From Callorhinchus milii (Eukaryota): a stretch of 64,000 nucleotides of DNA. The notes under the pieces are model-generated. The model was not told the origin of the DNA. It did no database searches and saw only the letters and a program-made list of their open reading frames with translations. Below, piece after piece: positions 37,091 through 48,197 of the stretch; the stretch's first letter is position 1, and every line of letters starts with the position of its first letter. A program made the translations under genes and the position numbers. The stretch lies in NCBI RefSeq assembly GCF_018977255.1, contig NW_024704742.1:74774001-74838000 (forward strand), given 5' to 3'.

Positions 37091-40000
37091 TCTCCATTCT
37101 GAGGACCAGCAGCTTCAAACGTTTTCAAGGTTGCATTCAGAAATGGCTAAATTACTGATCATTGCTGCTTTCTCAGCAGACCCAGTGATAATTCCATTCC
37201 AGGCGTAATGAACAAGCTCTGCAAAGCTTGTTTAGCAAAATGGGGCTGCCCAAAGTTTCCCTTGGCCATGAGTTATTATTCAGTGCCTAGTTCTACAGCA
37301 AAGCTACAGTACAACCTCAGCCATTCACTCAGGATTGATGATACAAGAACAAATAAGGTGGTGGCTTCTCCACCCACAAATGCTCAAGGTTGGAGCAGCA
37401 GTATGTGTCAAAGACTTGTAAAATATTCTATCTGTTCTTCAGCTATTTAAGTATTACTATTCAAAGAACAGCACCAAGTTTTCCTATTTTTTTTGGTGCA
37501 GGGTTCAGCTGTCTGTTGACACATGCGGCAACAGCAACAACTCACATTTATACAGCACCTTTCATGCAGGATAGCATCCCGGAGGACTTAGGAGTGCATC
37601 ACCATGCTTAAGTGAATCCAAACCAAACTGAGATTTCCATGCATCCCTCCTAGATATGGATATCCCAGAGATAGATTGTTGGAATGTGCACTCTCTCCCT
37701 GGAGGGATGCATCCTGCTTACCTAATTCGATAAAGCATTAGGCGCAGGTAGGCAAGAGCTAAGGCTTGGGGTAGATGACCAGTTCATTAAGTACAAGCGC
37801 TGTTTGGAATTCAACAACAACAAATTGCATTGATATCACACCTTTCACATTGGAAGGATGTTCCAAGAAGTTGGACAGTCAAGGGTTAGCGCCCCAGCTG
37901 GGGATTGGAATCAAGAGGGCTGGCGGTTGGAGGATGAACCAAGGCACAATTAAAGACGAAGGTCTTGAGACAGGAGTTCAAGTTCAAAATAAGTGTTTTG
38001 AAAATCAATCTGGATTTTTCAGACTGTTACATTAAATATAAACACAAAAGATTGTATATTGTGCTGGTTTGACAACAACTAAGTTGACAATAAATTAAAG
38101 ACCTTCACAAGTGTTGCAGTTTGAGTGGTTGATAGATCAGTTAGATAGATACCGTCCGGTATGGAGGGCGCTATATAAATGCAAGTTGTTGTTTCTGTCG
38201 TCAGTTTGAGGGGTGGAAATGAGATTGATGACAGCCTTACAAACATCCAACAACAACAACGACAAAGGACACATACTGGCGATCCACAACCCACAGCCCC
38301 AATACCCACACACTGGGACAGTTCACTAACACAGAAAGGCAGCATGTTAATACACTGACTAAATACAGCTTGAAAAGAGACAGGGGAATCCCAGAGCTCA
38401 AATAAACCCATTGTCAGTTTACAAATGATGATTTTTCACACTGCATGTCTCCCACGCCAAAAGAGGTATCTTTCCATTTTGGTTTATTTTCTGAAGAATC
38501 TCCCAAATTGTGTATATCTCCTACAAGAGCTCTGAGATGCTGTCCAGTGTGAACGGTGCTATGCAAGTTGTTGTGTATATATATATATGTGTGTATATAT
38601 GAGTGTGCATATGTGTGTATATATATGGTATCATTACTAAAAGACAATTCTGCACAGACATTAGTAAACATGCCTCGGTGGCTTGTAATGTTTAAACATC
38701 AGAGTGTGGTCAGCTCCACATCCAGCCCAGGCTGTCGGCATGCTACCTGCTAATAACACACCTCTGAATTGTGATTTACTGTAATCTGATTTCTCTTTGT
38801 GTTTGTACCATTTGTGGCAGTTGTAGAGGTGTGGTTGCAGTGGCTGGTGTGTCAGGGAACTGAGCCTGGCGGGAGGCAGGGGAGGAGGGTTGTGAATGGA
38901 GCCTGTTGCCACTGAGGTTGGGACTGACAATGTGTGTGAGAGCAGCTGGTCTACATCAGCCATTCAAAGCAGAGCCACACACATCACCACCCACCGTGGC
39001 CAGGCTCCGACCTCTATCAACATCCACCCACAATTGCTCCCTCCACGCCTGACAAGGAGTTATGGCACATTATATGCTCTGCCTACCTCCCCCCATTCAC
39101 AAATTGCTCAGGAGAGCAGGCAGGCTCTGGCTGGAGCACTCCTCTCCGGTTTAAACATTCCACCAAGGGGATTCACATCCCAATAAGAGGGAAGGAATGT
39201 GAAACAAGCTGCAGCATTGCTGCTCCCCTCCCAGACACCGCATAGAATCATAGATTCTTACAGCACAGAAGGAGGCCATTTGTCCCATCGTGTCTGTGCC
39301 TACTCTTTGAAAAGAGCTATCCAAATCAATCCCACTCCCCCGCGCTCTCCCCATAGCCCTGCAAACTTGTCCTTCCCAAATAATTATCTAAATTACCTCA
39401 CTGGGCGCTTTCTGCTCCCACTGCCTCTTTAATTCACTCTGACATTACTCGGTTAAAAATAATATATTTTCTTTTTAAATTCGATTTCCTAAAAGTCACA
39501 AATAGATATCTTTTAAACATGACAAATCATCGTTTCATCTTTAAAGATGCCTAAAGCAGGCGGGAGATTAATTCTGGCCATATCTATGTGGATTACGGTG
39601 GGACTAACAAAGGTCACACTGTATTTGTAATCTGAATCAAATTATTTCATTTCAGCGCTCAGTAACCAGAGGAAACTTGTAGGTGAAAATGAAGTATCAA
39701 CTGAATGAATTAACAACCATCAGTGGAATATTGCTAAAAAAATAAACATGTGAATTGCGAAATGATTATCCAGAAACAGATTATTAACCAGAATATTGCA
39801 AACATACGAATACTGCTAACAAAAATATCAACTGCAATGAAAGTCAAACATGGCAGGAATATCAGTTACTTGTGGTGATATTAACTCAAATACAGCATCA
39901 TCAATGTCCAAATGTCATCAGAAAATGTCAAACAGAACAGCACAACTGTGACATGATCAGCAGTGACTTGATAAAACTGCAGCATCTCACCCACACCCAT

Positions 40001-40104
40001 CTGGTTAACAATGTCAGGTTGTCTCCATCTCAGATACAGCTCCTGACTGTGTAGCTCAGCAGCTGAGGAGTGTGTTGTAGCTTCTTGTGCCCGCAACGGT
40101 AGCC

Positions 40105-40625
40105 GACTGCTGCCGATCAATCACACTGATAACCCGCTGATCAATGACTGATAACCTGCTGCTGATCAATGACCGATGACCTGCTGCTGATCAATGACCG
40201 ATGACCTGCTGCTGATCAATGACCGATGACCTGCTGCTGATCAATGACCGATAACCTGCTGCTGATCAATCACACTGATGACCTGCTGCTGATCAATGAC
40301 CGATGACCTGCTGCTGATCAATGACCGATGACCTGCTACTGATCAATGACCGATGACCTGCTGCTGATCAATGACTGATGACCTGCTGCTGATCAATCAC
40401 ACTGATGACCTGCTGATCAATGACTGATAACCCGCTGCTGATCAATGACTGATAACCCACTGCTGATCAATGACTGATAACCCGCTGCTGATCAATGACT
40501 GATACCCCGCTGCTGATCAATGACTGATGACCTGCTGATCAATGACTGCTAACCCGCTGCTGATCAATGACTGCTAACCCGCTGCTGATCAATGACTGAT
40601 ACCCCGCTGCTGATCAATGACTGCT
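40105..40625. repeat. 25-bp minisatellite, ~20 units, consensus CTGCTGCTGATCAATGACCGATGAC
   Basis: 25-nt period seen directly (e.g. 40181, 40206, 40231); ends ~20 nt from the DUSP4 exon 1 donor. Confidence 0.95.
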
Positions 40626-40644
40626 GCCCCGCCGCTGCCCTTAC

Positions 40645-41011
40645 CCTTGAGGAAGTGGAGGCGGGTGGGCGGGGGGTGCGCGCCTCCCCACAGGGCGCCC
40701 AGTGCGGTCCTCACTGTGCTGTCGGGGTGGACGAGCTCGAGCCGCTGACTCCTCTCGTCGTACAGGACGAGAGCGGAGTACAGACCCGCCAGCAGCCGAC
40801 TCCGCGGCTCCTCGGCCGGGAGGATGTGCTGCAGACTCACTGCGCCTTTGGCTCTGCGCCTGACGATGGTGTTGCAGCGGACGTTGATGGCCCCGGCGAT
40901 GTGCCGGGCGCTATAAGCCAGGAAGGACCGGCAGTCCAGCAGCAGACACTTGTGGCCATCCTCCCGCAGCAGCCGCTTCACCAGCTTACACTCAGCATCA
41001 GACACCTCCAT
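40645..41011 (-). CDS. DUSP4: DUSP4 (MKP-2) exon 1, rhodanese/Cdc25-like domain with kinase-interaction motif
   Basis: ATG at 41011; MEVSDAECKLVKRLL...KCLLLDCRSFLAY...NVRCNTIVRRRAKGAVSL..ILPAEE..RLLAGLYSALVLYDERS...FLKG; GTAAG donor at 40644; CpG-rich. Confidence 0.93.
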
Positions 41012-41048
41012 CCTCCCCCCAACCCTCTGCTCCCAGCACTGGGCTGTC

Positions 41049-41082
41049 CACACACACACACACTCACTCTCTCTCTCTCTCT
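41049..41082. repeat. Compound (CA)n(CT)n microsatellite in the DUSP4 5' leader
   Basis: cacacacacacacactcactctctctctctctct. Confidence 0.9.
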
Positions 41083-41089
41083 GATCCGC

Positions 41090-41205
41090 CTCTTTTTATT
41101 CACTCATCTTATGAATGAATCTGCTCCACAGCCATGTATGGCCAATGACGCGTTGTCACCGTGGGGGGTGGTGGGGGGGGGGGAGGGGGGTGGGGGGGTG
41201 TGGCA
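41090..41205 (-). promoter_or_regulatory. Candidate DUSP4 core promoter
   Basis: TATA-like AATAAAAAG on minus (41092-41100), overlapping CCAAT/TGACG half-CRE (41142-41150), and G-run tract 41161-41203, all 80-190 bp upstream of the ATG. Confidence 0.5.
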
Positions 41206-41220
41206 GTCAGTAATCTCCTC

Positions 41221-41700
41221 CACACACTACACACTACACACACACACACACACCACACACAGCACTGAATGGAAATGGGCCACCAAACGCACAGACACAA
41301 GCAGCTGCAACACGCCACGCAGGCACACGCCGTACACAAACACGCGTGCAAAACACACACGCACAATACGCAAACATGCACACGTCATACACACGCCATA
41401 CACAAACGCACGTGCAAAACACACACACACGCAACGCACACGCAATACGCAAACACGCACACATCATACACACACCATACACATCATACGCAAACACACG
41501 TGCAAAACACACACACGTGCGACACACACACAATACGCAAACGCACACACATCATACACAAACGCACACACACCATACACAGACACACGTGCAAAACACA
41601 CGTAACACACACCATACACAAACACACACATCATAGATACACACATGCAAAACACAACACACATCATACACAAATGCAAAACACGCACGCACACCACATG
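41221..41700. repeat. Degenerate CA-rich repeat with higher-order units (CACGTGCAAAACACAC)
   Basis: About 480 bp of mostly alternating purine-pyrimidine sequence with recurring CGTGCAAAACAC and CATCATACAC motifs. Confidence 0.9.
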
Positions 41701-42474
41701 AGAGTTACAACAGATAATATATGAGTAAACATAATGTGGCTCTTCACTTTGCACTTTAATCAAAAAAATCCTGCTAGTTATTATTCGGTGTTCACAGATA
41801 GATAAAGCTGGGAATTGGGCTCTGGAGGTTGTCAGGAATTTGTGCCTCTCTCTCTGGTTATTCCTAGTGAGCACATGCTGACATGAGCAGCCTGGCTTGG
41901 CACTGCCTGGCACTCTCACTCTCAGCTCCTGTCAGCACACTCAACCAAAGAACAACACCCCTTATAATGTACCACATCCCCAGCACTGTAGTGGAGTATC
42001 GGCTCAGACTATATCAATTCCAAGTTCCAACGTTGGGCTTGGACCCAAAAGCTTTTGACTCAGAGGTGAGGGTGCTCTGTGCCAAACTGCCACAGTTGGT
42101 AGCACAAACCTGGTTAATATTATACTAAACGCATTATGTGTGAGTTGGCTGCTCAATGTATTTGCAAAACCATGTGAATGTTTTTCCATTCACAAGAGCA
42201 CAAGAGAATTAGAAGAAAAAAGCCATTGGGTTCATTTGATTTCATCCTATCAGAATATACAATATTTTTTTTGCATAATCACAGCTATATCTTAAATGAA
42301 TTCGACCTCTGGCCTTAACTGCTCTTCCTGGTGATCCATTCTAGCTGTGGGTGACCCTCTATGTGAAGAAATACTGCTCTGGTGTCTGTCCTAAAAAATG
42401 TCTTGCTGCCTTGGCATAAGTTCAAGGAATCTGTATAAAGAAAACCATAATTTTCTCACCAACCTATGGTGTAT

Positions 42475-42955
42475 CCTCAAGCAGTGGGAAATTGCACAAT
42501 GTGCAGGAAATGATGGTGGAGGTGTTGCACAGGTGCAGCATGCGGAAATGATGCCATGGTGATCTAACCATCCTGAGATTTTTGTTGGTCAAATTAAAAA
42601 CAGGAATACAAAGATGTTTAATGACAGGAAGTCATTTTCCTTGATTAAGAAAATATTGGAAAATTGGACGGATAGCAAATTTTCCCATTTAAAATCTAAA
42701 ATGAACAAGCCTCACTATTACATCCTTCAGATGAGATATTAAACAAGGTCTCTCTGTCCAGGTGAATATCTATGCTTGGAGACCTTCTGGGTCTGTGCAC
42801 ATTGCACAGGAAGCCAGACAATCTGCAGCAGAAGTCAGAAGTATACTATTGTACAACAGGTCTATAAACAGACCTATGTCATAATGCTGAATTGTAACAT
42901 AATGAGGTCCGACCTTATAAGATAAAATAATGCAAATTCACAAGAGCACAAGAGA
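42475..42955 (+). repeat. Duplicate of 34165-35065 with a ~400 bp internal deletion
   Basis: Shared TCAAGCAGTGGGAAATTGCACAATGTGCA, ACAAAGATGTTTAATGACAGGAA, AACAAGCCTCACTATTACATCCTTC.GATGAGATATTAAACAAGGTCTCTCTGTCCA, TGTAACATAATGAGGTCCG.CCTTATAAGATAAA. Confidence 0.9.
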
Positions 42956-43195
42956 GGTATGGATGAAGAAAGCCCTTTGGTCTATAATTTTGTCTGAAAA
43001 CCCATTTCCATTACATCATCAAACAGTTTCTGAAATGGGTGTAATGTGATGGTTTTGATAAGCTGGAATTGGTTACCAGAAGAGAAGTCTGCTGCTTCTC
43101 AACAAATTCACCCACTTTGTCAGGCAGTCAGGCAAATGTGAATTATTCTTAGGTGGTTATCACATTTAGTAACCTTAGTGATTACCGGCATTCGT

Positions 43196-43514
43196 GGAGT
43201 CCTGTAGCTCAGTGGTTAGAGCACTCGCTTTGCAAGCGAGAGACCTGAGTTCAATTCCAGGCAGGGCGAAACCTGGGGCAAGTTTCCTTACTCCACACGC
43301 CTAACAATAATCCCTCCAAAACCCAAAACAATAATAAATTGGGCATTTTCAATCTACGACCGTTTGTGGGACATTGCTATGCGCAATTGGCTGCCTCGTT
43401 CGCCCACAAATATACAGTCAATTCACTTTACAGTGTGTTGTGTGAAGCATTTGGGACATTTTAGTGACGTGAAAAGCGCTATATCAAATGTAAGGATTAT
43501 TATTATTATTATTA
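43196..43514 (+). mobile_element. Young tRNA-SINE
   Basis: Full-length with (ATT)n tail. Confidence 0.92.
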
Positions 43515-44239
43515 TCAGTAGATTTGTCTATCTGTGGAGGGGAATGAAATTTGACCTGCCATCATTGGGAAATCTACTGACAAGCAAATTTCCAGTCAAA
43601 AATGCCTGAGATGCAAAACAATGTGTGAAAAGTTTATTTGGTGAGAGCTTCACATTATTGGAAAACATTCACCCAAATCCTTTTCATTCACAACTTAGGC
43701 TTATTGACATGTCACCTTTGTGTACATAGGTTTCATGATCTGAAAATGAGCTCAATCACATTTATCTGCAGAACATTTATCCAGATCAATATTAATATGT
43801 CACTTGTATGCTTCACTTAGCCAGGTCTCTTGAATGCTATTTATCTTATATTGTTCCTTTGTGCTGCATCCTACCTATGCTACACATTCCCACTGGAGCC
43901 AGTAACTGTATTGGTTCATGCTATTCCTGGAGCTGCTGTTTCTGGTGACACATACCCAGACAAGCCTCATCCATACAGAGGAAAAGGAAAAATATTATTA
44001 GAATAAACATCCCCTTAACAATTGTTAGCACTGAGCTAAAGCCAGCTCTCGATATTTGCAAGCAGAGATCAAATTAAAGTACTTTCAAAGTATTTATCTG
44101 GGTAGACACACACTTGCCGCATCCACTTTCTCCTCAAGATTTGCTTCACCACCAAAAGGAAGCTGTTTGCTTTCCAGCTAAAATTCTCTTCTGTTATGAA
44201 CTGCTTATCTGCAGCACTTCATGTTCTGCTGCTACCAGG

Positions 44240-44890
44240 GGTTGGAAGCCTCATCATCCATGGCCTCAGCACAGCTACAATCTTCGTTAAATTTTTTGAG
44301 CCCTAGCTTGATGTTGAGATTTTGGATACGAATGAGTAGAACAATTATTCTGGACACATTTATTTCTGAACAGTCAAGGCACCAGAAGAGTTGTTTCAAG
44401 ATCTTAATGCTTTGCTTGGTGAAGGTATGTGGCAGGCTTTTGTGCCTGATCAATTCTGCTTGCAGCTTTTGACTGAGAAATGAGGATCATGAGAAATGGA
44501 TTCAGTACCTTATCCATACTAACTATTGTTTTAGTCCATCAGCATATACAAATGGCACGGGCACACATAACTGATTAAGAATGAAGGAGTAATGTATTGA
44601 TTCTGGTAATTTATGCACTAATTCTTAGGCTACATTATTGTGCATCACAGAGCACTTGGATATTAATAGTTAAGCCTTCACAGTTCATATAGGCCATGGA
44701 ATTAACTGTGGACTTCCTCATGGGAAAGGTAGAATTATTGATGCTCTCCATTTGTTTCTCTATAACTCTGGTCTGGCTACCTCTGTGCGATAGAGCATCA
44801 GTCCCATCTTGAACATGGTTCTCTGGACAATATCTACAATATCTACCTAAGTGGAATGGCCCAGTGACAAACAAGTTATGGCAATTGGGA
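44240..44890 (-). mobile_element. PIF/Harbinger transposase fossil (HARBI1-like DDE domain)
   Basis: Ordered degenerate motifs LFVTGPF (cf. FFATGSFQ), AYMNCEGLTINIQVLCDAQ (cf. YxNRKGxHSINVQxVCD), IHYSFILNQ (cf. HDSFIL), DK, KQSIKILKQLFWCLD (cf. ERxIGxLKxRFRCLD), VSRII...NL. Confidence 0.8.
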
Positions 44891-45219
44891 TTTTCATATC
44901 ACAAGGAGAGCGACTCTAATCACCGAGGAAACCTCTGCTAACATTCAACAGCGTTCAGCATTTATCCCTTGGAGAGCTTCCTGCTCCTCTGACATTGCTC
45001 TTCTATGAATCCTGGGTATTACATTTGGGTCTCTGGGATATATTCCCTTGAGAGTCCTGCACCTGTGTCCTCATCTCCTGTTTGTCCCAATCCTTGTCTG
45101 ACAGAATGATGATGGAAAATAATCTATATTGTGTGTGCTTGTTATCCTTCAGCAGACAGCTCTGAGCTGCACATAGCTGACAGATCCCCCGATCCTATTA
45201 GTAATTAGAAACTATATTG

Positions 45220-45510
45220 TGACTATAAGGTGGACATTGATAGGATGTTTCCACTTTATGAGTTTAAAATTATGTGGCGTATACCTAAGATATCCAGTGG
45301 TAGATCTAAAAGTGAATTTAGGAGGAATCATTTTATACAGAGGGTGGTGAAAATGCCTCACTGTTTTTGCAACATAAATCTATTAGTTAAGAGGAAATGT
45401 GATGCACATGAGGGACAAGGGAATAGAGAGTTATAGGAGAGAAGAATAGGTGTGGTGAAGGCAAGTGTTAAGTATAAACTGGTTTGGCCAAATGGGTGTA
45501 ATGTAAAATA
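45220..45510 (+). mobile_element. Old CR1 3' fragment
   Basis: DIDRMFPL...KSEFRRNHFIQRVVK. Confidence 0.7.
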
Positions 45511-46044
45511 CCCCGTGGAGGGATTGTTTGTTAGTGTGCAAACTGTGGTCACAATTCCTGTAACTGAGAGAGTCCCCAGACACTGTCTGCATATATATAT
45601 GATGCAGTTTACACAAGGGAGCTAGCTCTGTAAACCAAAACACTCCAGAAACATGTGCACCAATGTATATGTGTCCATGTAACAATGTATACATGTCTTT
45701 GTCCCACCCATTGGGATGGGGGTGTGGAGTCAGCAGAATGATTCATCGTCCAATAAAGAGAGCAGCCTGTCATCCTAGATAGATGATGGTGGAATAGAAC
45801 TAGCCCGACAGTGTAAATGCATCCTGTACAGTTGAACTGGCTCCAAGGTGACAAGCTTGACAATGTAATGTCAGAATCGAGCAAACCTTCTGTGGTAGTC
45901 TTGGTAGTCCAGTTCCTGAGCCAGGCTGGTTCGCAGTATTCCCCAATGTCTGGATGGACCATCCAGGCTGGTTCATCAGTAGGACTTGCAGGGACATACA
46001 TTGGGGGCAGGGATTCTTCCGACTCAGCTCCTGGTAACCCTGCA

Positions 46045-47690
46045 ACAATAACAACACCAACAGCAAAATTACAGTTATACTTCGCCTTTCACATTGGGAG
46101 GACATCCCAAGGCAGTGGACTGTAGGAGTTTTGGACACGAGCTGGTGGTTGGGACCGGGGAGGGTGGAGGGCAGGGGGAAGCATGGTGATCAAAAGCACA
46201 GTCAAAGAGTAGGGTCTTGAGATGGGTCTTGAAGGAAGCTAGGGAGGGGTCGAGGCAGAGGGACTGTGGGATGGAGGGTGGGGCAGAGGGTGGGGCAGAG
46301 TGGCAGAAGGCCCACTCGCCAATGGTGGGGCGAGTGAGGCGGGGAATGTAAAGCAGGCCGGAGCCCACTGAGAGGAGGGAGTGGGCAGGATGGTAGGGGG
46401 TTAGGAGGTCGCAGAGGTAAGGGGGTGCAAGACCATGGAGGGCTTTGAAGGTGAGGACCAGGATCTTGAACTGTATCCTCTGTGTGATGGGAAGCCAGTG
46501 TAGTCGGGCGAGGATGGTGCAGGGGAGAACACAGGCTGCAGAGTTCTGGATAATCTGCAGCCTATGGAGGAAGGAGTTGGGGAGGCTGACAAGCAAGGAG
46601 TTTGCATAGTCAAGCCTCATTGTAATGAATGCATGTATGAGGGTTTTGGCGGCCTGCGGTGTGAGACAACGGCGGTGCTGGGCGATGTTGCAGAGGTGGG
46701 GCAAGGCAGTGGGGGTCATGGCACGGATGTAGGGTAGAAAGGATAGTTGAGGGTCAAACAAGATGCCAAGGTTGCGGACTGGCTCAGTGAGGTGGAGTGT
46801 GTATCCATGGATGGTGATGCTGTCAAACCTGAGGTGTGGAGGCGCTGATGAGAACTAATCAGGAGAGCCTCGGTCTTGCTGACATTCAACTGAAGAAAGT
46901 TGGCTCTCATCCAGGACTTGATGTCTGACAGACATTCTGTCAGGACAGCAGTGGTCCTGGAGTCAAGGTTGGAGCAGAGAGGTACAGTTGGGTGTCATCT
47001 GCACACGTGGAAGTTGACCCCGTTTCTGCAGATGATATCACCAAGAGGGAGCATATAGATATTGAAAAGGAGGGGACCAAGGACAGTGCCCTGAGGAACA
47101 TTGCACGAGATGGTGCGGGGGCTAGAGGAGAAACTGTTTGTGGAGATGAAGTAGAGGCGGTGGGAGAGGAATGATCTGAACCATTCAAGGTCAGAGCCAT
47201 CAAGGTTGAGGCGAGAGGAGAGGCGGTAGATGAAGATAGAGTGTTCAATGGTTCGAAGGCAGCAGAGAGATTAAGGAGGACGAGGAGACAGAGGCAGCCA
47301 GAATGTCATTTGTCACTTTGACCAGGGCTGTTTCTGTGCTGTGGGTGGCACGGAAACCCAATTAGAGGGGTTCGTGAAGGGAGTGGCAGGAGAGGAAGGA
47401 GCGAAGTTGGGAAGCAACAACTTGTCCCAGGACCTTGGGGAGGAAAGGGAGGTTGGAGATAGGTCAGTAGTTTAAGAGCAGTGATGGGTCCAGGGAGGGC
47501 ATTTTAAGGATAGGAGTGATGATGGCCATTTTAATCGAGTGGGAACAGTACCAATGGACAGAGAGAAGTTTATGATGTCTGTGAGTAGAGGGGCAAGGAG
47601 GTGAAGCTGGGAAGTAAGGAGAGCGGTAGAGATGGGATCAAGGAAGCAGGTGGTCAGTTTCATGCAAATTATAGCAGTGGTGAGAGAGGA
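46045..47690 (-). mobile_element. L2 LINE fragment (RT domain to tail), degenerate
   Basis: [65 protein letters not shown]. Confidence 0.93.
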
Positions 47691-47889
47691 GTTTGGATGG
47701 ATACTCTTACGTATGGTGATGGGTTTTTCCACGTGTCAGACACCCGCTGACCAAAAATGATTTCCACCATTCTGACCTCCAGAACTTATACAGATATCAC
47801 ATTTTGAGGCTGAAGATCTTTGTATTATCTATTTATTCATAGTTCATCCCTCTAAAGTTGGGATAAGCTTGCTGCTATGCTATACTGTA

Positions 47890-48197
47890 GAGTCCTGTTG
47901 CTCAGTGGTTAGAGCACTCGTCTCGCAAATGAAAGACCTGGGTTCGATACCTAGCTTGGGTAAGTTTCCTTACTCCACACGCCTGATAATAATCCCTCAA
48001 GAAAAAAAAACACAATCATAAATTAGTCACTTCAATCCACGACTGTTTGTGGGACACTGCTGTGCGCAATTGGCTGCCGAGTTTCACCCAAATAATATAC
48101 AGTCAATTCACTTTGCATATATTCTGTGAAGCCCTTTGAGACGTCAAGAATACATGAAAAGCGCTGCATCAAATGCAAGGATTATTATTATTATTAC
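47890..48197 (+). mobile_element. tRNA-SINE, somewhat diverged
   Basis: GAGTCCTGTTGCTCAGTGGTTAGAGC...GGTTCGATACC head, Deu-like body, (ATT)n tail. Confidence 0.88.

Noticed and set aside
38860..40100. GC-richer patches in DUSP4 intron 1 as alternative exons or transposase pieces
   Set aside because: No recognisable protein motif or convincing splice-site pair.
40105..40625. CRISPR-like array
   Set aside because: Head-to-tail units with no unique spacers, in a vertebrate intron, with no cas genes.
41012..41059. N-terminal extension of DUSP4 from the ORF-track start
   Set aside because: That start is a GTG within a GT microsatellite; the ATG at 41011 (AGGATGG, good Kozak context) aligns with the family N-terminus.
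40592..41605. 337-aa plus-strand ORF antisense to DUSP4
   Set aside because: Stop-poor by composition (GC-rich exon antisense plus CA repeat); low-complexity His/Thr product.
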